Of a stretch of 64,000 nt of DNA, positions 53,112 to 64,000 are shown in pieces. Below the pieces are notes generated by a model, which saw only the letters and a program-made list of their open reading frames with translations, ran no database searches and had not been told where the DNA came from. The DNA is from Azolla caroliniana (taxonomy: Eukaryota; Plantae; Polypodiophyta). The stretch is taken from assembly GCA_043228905.1 (NCBI GenBank), contig JBHGNT010000017.1:12586001-12650000 (forward strand). The letters run 5' to 3'. How positions within the stretch are numbered: the stretch's first letter is position 1; each line of letters starts with the position of its first letter. The position numbers and the translations under genes were made by a program.

Positions 53112-55950
53112 ATGCCGCCCATTAAGAACAAATATTGGGATACATGTTGCCTCAATGTCGTAAGAAGTCAAACAGGAAATAGGAGTTGGAACTGTAAATT
53201 TTGCAATAAACATATGCATGGGTCAGCAACACGAATGATTGCTCATTTAATTGGAAAACCTAGCCATGGAGTAACGAAATTTACCAATGTCCCCAAGGAA
53301 ATGTTGATTGACCTTACAACTTTGTATGGTAATTGTGGAAGCCAAGCAATTGGCGAAGAAGAAGATATAGTAGCAGAGATCGACTCATTCAACATGCTTG
53401 AACAAGGTATAGACACAAGCCTACAATAGGTGTCATAATTACTAATGTTTAAATAATTGTAAATTATTTATCTTGAATTTTTTTTTCTTTTAGGTGTTTC
53501 TACCTCATGCTCGTCTACCTTTGTTGATGAAAGTCAAAGCATGTCATGTATGGGTGGTGGTAGTCGCCAACCATATCCACCAGCAATTATAGTGAAACAA
53601 CAACCGTTGCGTAAAGGACATGTGTTACAAATGCAAAGGAAACAACATGCAAACGTTATGGAGGTGAGATGTATCATTGAAGCAAATTTGTCATTTAATC
53701 TATTAAAAACACCATGTTGGCGGAACATGTTAGAAGCTTTCTCTACAATTGGAGAGAAACATAATGGAGTCGCATATAATTACATGAGGACGAAAGGCTT
53801 TAAAAATGAGGTTATATCCTTGCAAGCAAAGTTAGAAAGGGTAAAAGGATTATGGCCCAAGTATGGTTGTTCTATATTAACAGATGGATGGGTTGATGTT
53901 TCTCATAAGCAACTTGTAAATGTCCTCGTATCATCTTGTTATGGGACAATGTTCCTCAAGTCCATTGATTGTAGTCATGCTAATACAACACCAACAGTTG
54001 ATAGCTCTTGGTTAGCTGAAAGAATTTCAGAGGCAATTAGAGAAGTTGGTAAGGAAAATGTGGTCCAAGTCATTTCAGACAATGCATCTAGTTGTGTCCG
54101 CATGGGGTCTTTGCTAGAATCAGAGTTCCCTAATATTGTTTGGACTCCATGTGCAACCCATTCTTTGGATCTACTTTTGGAGGACATTGGTCAGTTGCCT
54201 TGGATGAAAAGTATTATGTTGAAAGCAAATAATATCGTACGTTTTTTTTGCAAGAAGAGGAATGCTAGGAAATTTTTTTCTGCTTACAGTAACCTCGCCA
54301 TCTTGAGACCTTCTAAGACAAGGTTTGGTGTTATGTACCTTGTCATACAACGTTTGCTCAAAGTTTGGTATCCTCTTAAGCAAACAGTGGTGAGTGACAT
54401 GTGGAGGTCTGGGTCAGATTGCAATAAGCTAGATGCCATGAATGTAAAGAACTACATCCTTGATCCTACAACTGAGTCCTCGTTTCAAGTTGTTTTGACC
54501 CTAATGGCACCATTGTATAGTGTTTTACGACTTACTGATAGGGAGGGATCCACTATTTGAAGTTATTTTAATTTTTTATGGTTTCCTAGCATTAAACCTC
54601 CAAATGTTTTCTCATGTTTTAAGATCAGATCATTTTGTAATTACTAATACCCTTTTAGGTATGAAGATGTTTGTTATATGAGTTTATGCGAAGAAGCAAA
54701 GATGTTTTAGCAAAAGGAGTGGAAGAAAACATCCCCCACAAATTCAAGTAAATTTCATATTTATTTTAATTTTTTATGGTTTCCTAGCATTAAACCTCCA
54801 AATGTTTTCTCATGTTTTAAGATAAGATCATTTTGTAATTACTAATACCCTTTTAGGTATGAAGATGTTTTGAAGTTATTTGACATACGATGGAAATGGT
54901 TCAAGAGGCCGATCCACCTTGTAGCTCATTTGCTGCATCCGATGTGGAGAGAGGAGGCTACATTTATTAACCCCGAGTTAATGGATGCATGGATGAGCTA
55001 TACAGAAAAATTGTACTCGACACTTGAATGTGATATCTTATTTCGTGAATTGCATGAATATCGAAATGGTACAGGGACATTTAGCTATGCATTAGCACGT
55101 GAAGAGATATCTATGATGACGCCAGTCACATGGTGGGAAAATTTTGGTGGAAGAACTCCAAAGCTCCAAGCATTAGCTGTCCGCATATTATCCCAAGTAA
55201 GTGTCAAGTTTTGAAAAAATGATCAATTTTATAGTTAAGTTCTAAAATACTGCACTTTTTTGTACTACCTTTTATTTCATATTTTGTTTTCTATTAGGAT
55301 TGCTCTTCTGGGGCAGCAGAAAGGAATTGGAATGCACATGCTCTCGCACATACAAAAAATAGAAACAGACTAAAGCTAGCACAACTTGAATGATTGGTAT
55401 ATGTGCGAGAGAACTTAAGGCTAGTTCGCAAGTTTGAGACTGTGAATGCATCTCCAATGCAAGTATTGTTTTATTCACTTCTTATAATTTACATTCCTCA
55501 AATTTCGTTAAGCTTTTATAAACTTGTTTGCAGGTGAATCCAAATGAGATAGATGTCTCTAAGACTCCTGATATTCCATCTATTAGCCACGAGAATGATA
55601 TGGATAGAGAATTCTATGAAACTTATTTTCAAGAAACAATGAGCATGAGAAGAAGGACAAGGAGCATGACAAGATCACATACGACAACATCAAGCGATGG
55701 AGTTCCTATTGATCGAATACGGTGGCAGAGGCCAAGAAGAGATGATGAGCAGTCTTCTTGTAATAGGAGAATAACAAGATCAAGTACATTTGCTTCTTTA
55801 CCACCAAATGATCAAGATAATGTCAATGGAATAGAAGAAGCAATTCATACAAATTATGATGATCTTACTGATGAAGAACCTATGTTGATGTCATCAACTA
55901 ACACTGAATCTGATGATGAAGATGGTGATTGTGATGAGGACGAGATCTAA
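53112..55950 (+). pseudogene. Spliced hAT transposase (BED finger, DUF659/RNaseH-like core, hATC region), disrupted
   Basis: WNCKFC...HL, ILTDGW, ISDNAS, CATHSLDL, TRF, WWENFG..TPKLQALAVRILSQ, SSGAAERNW. GT-AG introns are present (e.g. 53407-53493). Lesions are a 115-bp insertion at 54558-54672 and a TGA at ~55391. Confidence 0.9.
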
Positions 55951-57482
55951 TAACTAATATTTCTGATTTCTATACATTATTACTAAGCTCAATAGCCATA
56001 TGTTACTTTTCTTTGATCTAAGCCCATTTTGATACATTGGAGTCTTGGACATAGTTCAAGTTATGTGTTCTTAGAAATCAAATATTTGATGTTGTGTTGT
56101 TAAGGTTTTTTTCTAAATTTTGTTCCTACAATGCATTCTATTTCTTTGACAAAATGCAATGTAAGTGTATCTCAAATATTTGATGTTATGTGTTCTGAAG
56201 GTTTTTTCCAAATCAAAAGACGTGGTCTTTTCTTCAATAGGTATGTTGCACTTCTTGTCAAAGTGTTGTTTTTGTCAAAAGTATGATTTTTTTTGTAGAA
56301 TTTTAGCTTGTCATGACTCATCATGTGAATTCCCTCAATCATGTGAGGGATATACAGTTTTTGCTTCGTGGCCTTGACTGTTGTTGTAAATGCCCAACAA
56401 GTTTGGGTTTTTTTTTACCTAACAAATATCTATTTGATTTGTTGATTTGTATCCTTTTGATTCTCATATTTTCTCGATTTGCCCTTTAGTACTTTTAAGA
56501 TGCAACTACAGCCATGGAATGCTTCGTTACATTGCATATACACGGTTACAATATTACAATATTACAAATATTTTTTAAGAAAGTAAATAAATTTCAAATT
56601 CTAGAAGTATTTAACGTATTTAACGTACTATACGTATTTTATGTATTTTATAGGTATTTAACATACTAAAAAATGTATTTAACGTATTTTAAAATTGGGA
56701 GGTACTATACCTGTATTAATACGTTAAATATGTATGGTATCAGTACTGTACCTAACGTACCTAACAACGATGGTTTTCGTGCAATTGATACCACCATCCG
56801 TGTTCCGTCGAGCTCCGCGAAATGGTACGTGGCGTTGTCATTCGCTCTCGTCACCACGTAGGGCCTGAACCATCTCCTTGCGAATTTCCGTGTCGCCTTA
56901 TGCAGGTTGTCAAGGCTGCTGTCGTAAACCAACACCCAGTCACATTCCTCGATCTTCTTCGGTCTCAGCCAGTATGTTTAGTCGATCCGGTCCTTGTTCT
57001 TCATCCGCGCCACGTACAATTTTGGCTTTGCCCGTTCCACGTCCTCCAGCCTCTGCTCGAGCTGGCGAATCCGCGTCGTCAATAGCTCCTCCCGGCTCAT
57101 TTCGTCTGGTCAATCGATTGCCACCCACGAAGAAGTCGTTGGCTCGATCGGCATGATCAGCTTCTTCCTGTACATCAGCTCTACCGGCATGAACCCGGTC
57201 ACCGAGATGTGTGTAGTTTGGTCCACCCACAATGCGTAAGGTAGGAGCCTCGGCCAATTCCCAAGTTGCCCTTCATATGCCCGTACTAATGCCTTTACGA
57301 TTGACCTGTGTTCACGCTCTATCTTCCCGTTCGCCTCCAGATTGTATGTCGTAGTGAGAGAGAGTTTTACCCCTAACCGACCGAACAACTCTTCGGCCTC
57401 TTGTGCGTCCAACTCTCCCTGGTCAGCCACGATCTTCCCTACGCAGCCGTACCGGCAGATTACATTCTCAATTAGGAACCGG

Positions 57483-58274
57483 TGTCGTAGTGTAATTCGC
57501 ACACTACGTGAAAAATTACTTTTTTGGTCTCTCCGGATAGGACATGGAGTACTCGGTGAGAACCGGAAGAAGGAACCAGTAAGGACCGAATTCGGTAAGG
57601 AGACCCAGCAAGAGCCGGATGAAGAAGGCCGGTGAGAGTCGGTGAGAAACGGATGAAGAGACATATTTGTAAATAGAAGAAAGTATAAAAATATATATGT
57701 TACATGCATAGGGCAAGATTCGAACCTTGCACCTCCATGTTAATAATGTTAAGCCTTATCATTATACTAGGGTATTATGAATTTTAAAGTTATACTAAAC
57801 TTTATCCCATGTAAAATTTCTAGACATGCATGGTACAAAAAGTTATTCATGCATAGACACTCGAGTTAAATGAAAAGATGGGATAGAAAGCTAATCATGC
57901 ACATGCAGTGTGCATGAAAACTAAAAATAGGAAAAGCATGATGCTTGCATGTGATAAACTTAGACTCTTCCAAACACTATATAAGGAAGAGAAAGATGTA
58001 TAGAGGTTGTTGATTATTTTACAAGGATTTTGATCAATCTAATATATTCGTGGGATTCACGATTTTTTTCCATCTATTTCTCTCTTACATTCTAAGTATC
58101 AATTAATACACTATACTCGTGGGATTCACGAGTTTCATATCTTCTTTCAAATATTTCTCTTTCTTGCAATCGATTCATAAGGAGCCTTATCTCATATTCT
58201 TCTTTCTCCTAGTCCAAAAACCTCAGCGGTTCCCACCCGACTCACGCAATGATCTGGAGCCGAAAGGCACGACA
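57483..58274 (+). mobile_element. Gypsy solo LTR with perfect 4-bp TSD CCGG
   Basis: Termini TGTCG...CGACA, with CCGG at 57479-57482 and 58275-58278. Removing it restores AMCRFLIENVICRYG in the host integrase. Confidence 0.93.
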
Positions 58275-61050
58275 CCGGCACATGGCCCTGGTTCGTCAGG
58301 TCTTCTCGCGCAAGCACCAAATACCCCTACCTTGCTGTCGTACTCGTTCTCGTTGAACTCACTGAGTGCTGGAGTGCTCCCCTACCTTGCCGCTATGCGA
58401 GCTGACTCGAAGAATTCTACGCCGACTTCTTCGTCTTCGGAGACCATGGCGTCCTCGTCATCGAATCGCGCTCTTGAAAGCATATCGGCTATGGCATTGT
58501 CTTTCCCGGAGATGTGCCATATCTCCGGATTCGGGGATTTGATGCACGCGATCCACCTGAGCATAGCTAAGTCCGGAGTCATCCATCCGGAGACCATACC
58601 TAGGATAGGTAGGCAGTCCGTCTCGATTATTACCTCCATCGCGATCAGATAGCCTTTGTCAGCCTTGACTACCGAAATGATACCCCAGAGTTCGCATTTA
58701 ACTTGGGCATATCCTCGTTGCCGCTCACTCAATACCTTCGCCTTGAACCGGATGGGGTACCTCGCACCGTTCTCATCCTCCTTATTGACCACCCATCCGA
58801 TTCCGGTTGGGCTCGTGTTCACGATCACATAAACTGGGACCCCCTTTCCGTAAACCGCTTTCCGGACCGACTCCACGTGCTCCTCATTCCATTCGAACTC
58901 ACGCCCCCTTTTCAGTAACCCATAGAGCAGTTCCGTGATGTGTGCGTAATGTGGAATCCAAATGTGGTAGAACGCGCACGCACCTTGCAACCTCAGGACC
59001 TCTGTAACCGACTTGCATTCTTCCTTCATCACGGAGATGGCCTCCACCTTTCCAGGAGACAGTTGCCAGCCGTAAGGCCCGCACAAGTGTCCAACCACCA
59101 AGATTTCGGATTTCCCGAAAGCTAATTTCTCTCCGGAGAAGGTGAGTTGCGCACTCTCGAGCCTCTGTAGCACCTTTTCGCAGTCTTCAATGTGGTCCGC
59201 CACGAACGTCCAACATCCATCTGGCCCGATCAATTTATCCTTATCTTCCATGGGACATCCCTTGATCGGGATGTCGTCCAAGAATGGCATGGTGATGCCC
59301 GAGATGCAGTTCCTCCGCACCTTGTTCATCGCGTTCACCATGTGCACTACGGAGTTTGTCCCTCGCGGTAAGGTACACATCCACACTAAGCTGAGACCGA
59401 ATTGTCGTAATATCCCTGCTCTCTACGGCTTGTTGGAATTGGTCGTATCCCGAATATAGATCACCAACCAAATAGATCGACCTTCCAACGAAGGCTTCCG
59501 CCAACTCATCAATGGTCGGCCCAATTCCCGCGTTTCAAATGGTCACTTTATTGACCGGCTGCAGGTCTTGAATGAAGCGCAACGTGCCGTTCTTCCTTGG
59601 CACCGTAAACCACCGATTTGAATACGGGGCACTCGGCAGGTCGAGAATGCCCATCTCCACCTTCTGCTTCAGTAGCTCCATCAGCTTTAGGATGTGAGCT
59701 CTGGCTACCGGAATTGGCTTGAGGTTTCATGGCACATGCGGTACCGTGAAGATAACCATCGACTCCACGATCGTCGGGCCCACGCACCTGATCTCCTCCG
59801 GTGAGAATGCGAAGGCCTTCCCGTGCCTCCTAAGAATCCTCTGAAACCAGTCCTCCTCCGCCGGTAGTAGAAAGCCACCCCCACCGATCTTGAGCTCCCG
59901 AAGCATCTGATCAGTGACCGGTGCCCTATGCCAGCAGGATTCCGCAAACTTGGGTTTGACCCGATCCCCTTCATCCGCTCCTTGCGGCCCTTCGGCCAGA
60001 ATCAACCGGTCTTCACTCAGGCCTTTTTCGACAACCTTCCCGATCTCTCCAAGGGTGTCGTCGAATGAGACCACCTCCATGGCGCCGCTAATCTCATCGT
60101 CGAAGCTAAGGGCCCCGTATGCCCTAAGACACTCCTCGAACCTCTTCTTTTCCCGGTTGCCGACACCAGTTATCGTTCAACCTCCACTGTTGGAGAACCA
60201 AAATCTCCTACCTATGGTACATGTGTGGGGTTTCTCCGGGGTGTCCAGACTATTGCGACCCCACGCCTTGATTGCCCTCTCTAAAAATACTCTTGGCCAT
60301 CGCTGCCAAGGGTCTCGCGGTTACGCTTGTGGTTTGGTCTTATTGTCAAAATTGGACGGAGTGACGCTCGTCTTGGCTCTTCACCCGTGTGTACGACGAA
60401 CCTTATCTAGCACCTTGGTCTCTATGCGGGCCGCTGTAATGTATGGTTCGCCGAGTATCACCGGGTGCGAAGATGTCTCTTGCACAAAGAAGTGCTGATC
60501 TATCTCGACATCTCCAATTTTAACGCGCATGTTCGGGCATGCTCCGTGTAGTTCCTCGTAGCGCGTGTGGCCACGTGTATCTTCCATCCATGCTTGGTGT
60601 TGATTGGCCATTTCCCCTTTCTGTGGAAATCCATTGGCATTAGGTTTATCTCGGAACTGTGGTCTATCAACACCACTACCGGCTCCAGATTGTCCCCAAT
60701 CCGGACGGGGGTCTCTTTATAGCCCTCGCCCAATGCAACTTTGAATAGTGGCTCTCCACCAACTCGTCCTCCAAGGCCGCATCCTCCAAGTGCGTTGTCC
60801 GCACTTCCACGGGCTTCTCCGGCTTCGGCTTCGTCGTGAGCCTTTTACGCTTCACCAAGTCCACAATGGAATCGTGGAACTCCTTGGTGATTCCGAGCAT
60901 TTCCCTCAACGACAACACCACCTTGCTGTCGAGGATTCGTTCTTCGAGGACCTTCTGCAAGTTTGTCGCCCTTTTCGTTGTCGTGAAAATCTGTCAATAT
61001 GTGCGGATCGTGAGGCGGAACCGCCGGGGTTCTGGACTAGAAGGATTTAG

Positions 61051-62359
61051 TGCAACACGTACAACACAAGCAAGTTTTAAGCATAAGACAAGTGGGAGAG
61101 ATAAATCATTCCTTTATTGCAAAAGAAAATCGATTCTTTATAATTTCAGAATCGTGTTACAATGGGTTGGGTATGGAAATGAGAGATTAATTTTTCAAAG
61201 AAAGGAGCCAACAACCATGCAAGGAGTGGTCCGATATAAATACGAGAGATAATTTTTGACAAGAAAGATCGAGTCCCCAAAGCTAGTAGTTTGATATCAA
61301 TATGTGAGATAATTTGTTTCTCGAAAACCCCAAGGGAAGAAGAAGGAAGAGGGGGAAAAAAAAAAAAAAACTAGTAGGGAAAAAACAGGACATATATCCA
61401 GCTCCTCGTTGATCCTCCCTCCCCAATGTTACTTTGCATCCCTACTTTTAGTTGGATGGCCTCTATTTTTAGTTGCATGGCCTCTGCTTTTAGTTGCGTG
61501 CTTCCATTTTTAGATGCATGCCTTTTACTTTTAGTTGCATGGCCTTGGCTTTTGGTTGCATGCGATTGTCCGTATAATTCGGCCAAATGACCCAATCATC
61601 CATAAAGTTTAGCCCGTGCGCAATCCGTACGTGCGTCGCAACCAAACCGTAGACACGTCCGCGCGCAAACGTCTCGACCGCGTAGTGTACGCATCCATGC
61701 ATGCGCACGTCCCGACCGCGTCGTGTACGCATCCGCGCGCTCGTCCGCACGCAAAAAGTCTCGACTGCGCCGCAATGTACGCAAAAAGTCTCGACTGCGC
61801 CGCAATGTACGCATCCACGCGTCTTGACCGCGCCATGTACGCATCCGCACGCTCGTCCGAAACGTCCACGCGACCGTGCACGCGTACGCCCGAAACTTGC
61901 ACATGCACGTACATCCGAAGACGTCCACGTGGCCATGCACACGCGCATACACCCGAAGCGTTAAACAACCGTGCATACACACATACGCGCATACGACCGA
62001 AGCGTAATCACAGCCGTGCATACACGCGTATGCCCGAAGCGTGCACACCACACAATGTAGCCTAAGTCACCTTGAACATTCTGTGTTCCACACATTAATA
62101 GAATGAATATGTTTTGGCTTCCCTTATATATCCTGGGTTCCAATGTTGTCCTATCTATGTGGGATATCTCACAGTTTTGTCTTTTCTTTCTTCTTTTTCA
62201 AACTTCACACTCACATAGCTTGATACTTGTTTATCCGTTTCATGCGTAGTAAAATACGCTATGAAACTCTTGAAGACACCTATCTATATGAATACATTAA
62301 GCTAATATTAAATAATTATTTTACTACTTTTCATATTGTGTGTGAAAAACCACACGACA
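61051..62359 (-). mobile_element. Truncated gypsy LTR (related to 31216-31851) nested in gag, containing degenerate tandem repeats
   Basis: Shares tatgtgggatatct, gaaactcttgaag and cacacgaca with 31620-31851. Repeats lie at 61440-61560 and 61620-62050. Flank CCGT. Confidence 0.8.
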
Positions 62360-64000
62360 CCGTGCTCAGCCGGTAATTGCCTGCTTTACCCTTTCCTGCA
62401 AGCTTAGACCACCAGCGTTATTTCTCTTTGGCGCACTCCATGTCTCGTACCGGCCAGAGGGTCCGGCCCCTCCGCGGCTTCTTCCATCAACCGCTTCATT
62501 CTGTCGTGCCCGGTATTCAACTATAGGGCTTTTCGGGTTTTGCTCTCGTGCACCCGCCCATTCCAGAGGTATACTACATTGCTTCTAAGTGCCTCCGTAT
62601 ACTCCGTGCAATCTTTTCTACCGTGGCCGACCGCATCGCACTGCATGCATCATTGTCCGGCCGAGGGCCTCCGGTCGCACTTCTTTTCACCACTGTCTCT
62701 CCTGGCCTATATTTGTCGAAACGGCTACAAACCCTTTTTACCATGGCCCAGTCGGACATGAGCCCATTGTCCGTCTCCAATAGGGGACCCACCTTCTCTC
62801 GATCCTGCACATCCACGGACTTGATGAACAACAGGACACGACTCGTGTCGAGCACGGTCCTGTTCAACGCCGAGAGATGAGCACACTGTTTCTCGAATTC
62901 TTGGAGGAGCACCGACGTGTTCCTCCCCTTTCTCGGGCTTTCAAACCATCCATAAATTCCGGTTTCGATAACAGATGTGAATAATCGAACTTGTACCTCT
63001 CAAGGAGCCCCCCTTCAAACTCCGCCCAAGTCTGGCAACCGGCCTACATTTTGAGCACCTCCGCGTGGATGCTCGGCATCACCACCTGAGGGAATATGGA
63101 CAGTGGTCTATCCTCTGGAATGTTCCTCATTATCAGTTCAGCCTGGTAGGCCTCGAGATAGCTCGTCACGTTCTTACCTTCAAACCGGCCTATTGTGCCA
63201 ACGATCGTTTCGATGGCTCGATCGAGGGTACTCGTACCTTCACGAGCATTCACTAGTCGGTATACAGTTGCCACCATGGCTTCGATGAGTTCAGTTCCCC
63301 TCATCTTCACACTCCTCTACCGCCTGTTTCACATCGGGTTCACCAAATTTATGTCGCGTAACTACGCGTATGCTTGAGAAACGAAGGCAGGACCGTAGGG
63401 GTCCTGAACCGAAGAGCGTAAGAAGAAGGAGAGGAACAATGAGCACAAGTTGTGCAAGACGTTGGGGGCCGCGAACACAGAGCTTGTCCGGCTCGGACGA
63501 AACTAGAGCAACGCTAGAGACACATAGAAGAGAAAAAAAGAGACCACAATCAATTAAGAAAACCAGGTTACAACCGACATGCCGGTAGCAGAGATTTATT
63601 CATCCTATTAAAGTTCCGACATCATACCAACCTAGCATAGTCCTAGGTTATTTACCAGCATAGTTTATAATTAGCGAGTATCCGTGCACACTGCGGTTCA
63701 CATGCCTTTGGTCTCCATTTCTTCTTGTAGCCGGTTTTCCCCACGACAACGTACTACATGTTCCGATAATTACGAAGAACTTGGTGTCGGTTGGACATAT
63801 TGTCGATCAGGGGATGCAGGTATGGTGTACACATCTTGGGTGCCTCATCGAGGAAGAAGGCCAGATCATCAATGACGTTGGCATGGCTCTGTTCCCAAAA
63901 GGACAAAAAGTCGAGTCGGATATCCACTTGTCGCACAAAGGGAATCAACCACGTCAATTATCAAAGGCTTTAGAACCTATAGTCGAAACAGGTCATGTTC

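Larger units (their letters stand above)
51107..56772 (+). mobile_element. hAT DNA transposon (5666 bp) with imperfect TIRs and 8-bp TSD
   Basis: TIRs CAGCGTTGT / revcomp CATCGTTGT. TSD GTTTTCCT (51099-51106) / GTTTTCGT (56773-56780). ACGTA-rich subterminal repeats. The flanks rejoin as gypsy integrase C-terminus. Confidence 0.9.
50217..63748 (-). mobile_element. Full-length but decayed Ty3/gypsy: 5' LTR 63352-63748, Trp PBS 63328-63345, gag, PR, RT, RH, INT, PPT, 3' LTR 50217-50897; three nested insertions
   Basis: The paired LTRs are homologous, and the 5' LTR has a ~285-bp internal deletion. 4-bp TSD ATGT/ACGT. Motifs: gag IGRFEGKNVTSYL, PR LIDHSSEINLM, RT DLYSGYDQ and FLDDIPIKG, RH NAIADMLSR, INT ADQGELD...ANGKIER. 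Confidence 0.93.

Noticed and set aside
53112-55950. Domesticated hAT-derived host gene
   Set aside because: It is still bounded by TIRs and a TSD, is nested in a gypsy element, and carries a disruptive insertion and a stop.
61490-62065. Overlapping Arg/Cys/Ala-rich ORFs on both strands
   Set aside because: Stop-poor CG-rich degenerate tandem repeats inside an LTR.

Overview
This is eukaryotic land-plant nuclear DNA. The transposon lineages suggest a seed-free plant such as a fern, but that is inference. Two host genes are intact: a 9-exon ADP-glucose pyrophosphorylase small subunit gene (minus, 18049-24136, 536 aa) and a 2-exon uclacyanin-like phytocyanin (plus, 45772-46743). Most of the rest is nested, decayed transposons: several Ty1/copia families with tRNA-iMet PBS, a LINE 3' fragment, a 5.7-kb hAT element with TIRs and an 8-bp TSD that carries a captured PPR fragment, and many copies of a Ty3/gypsy lineage. 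That gypsy lineage is the most interesting system. It has a tRNA-Trp PBS, TGTCG...CGACA LTR ends, a conserved hairpin beside the PPT and tRNA-like A/B-box modules inside some LTRs. Its 4-bp target sites are almost always centred on CpG (NCGN), and most copies lie inside other transposons. Coordinates were counted by hand and may be off by a few bases. No database searches were run.
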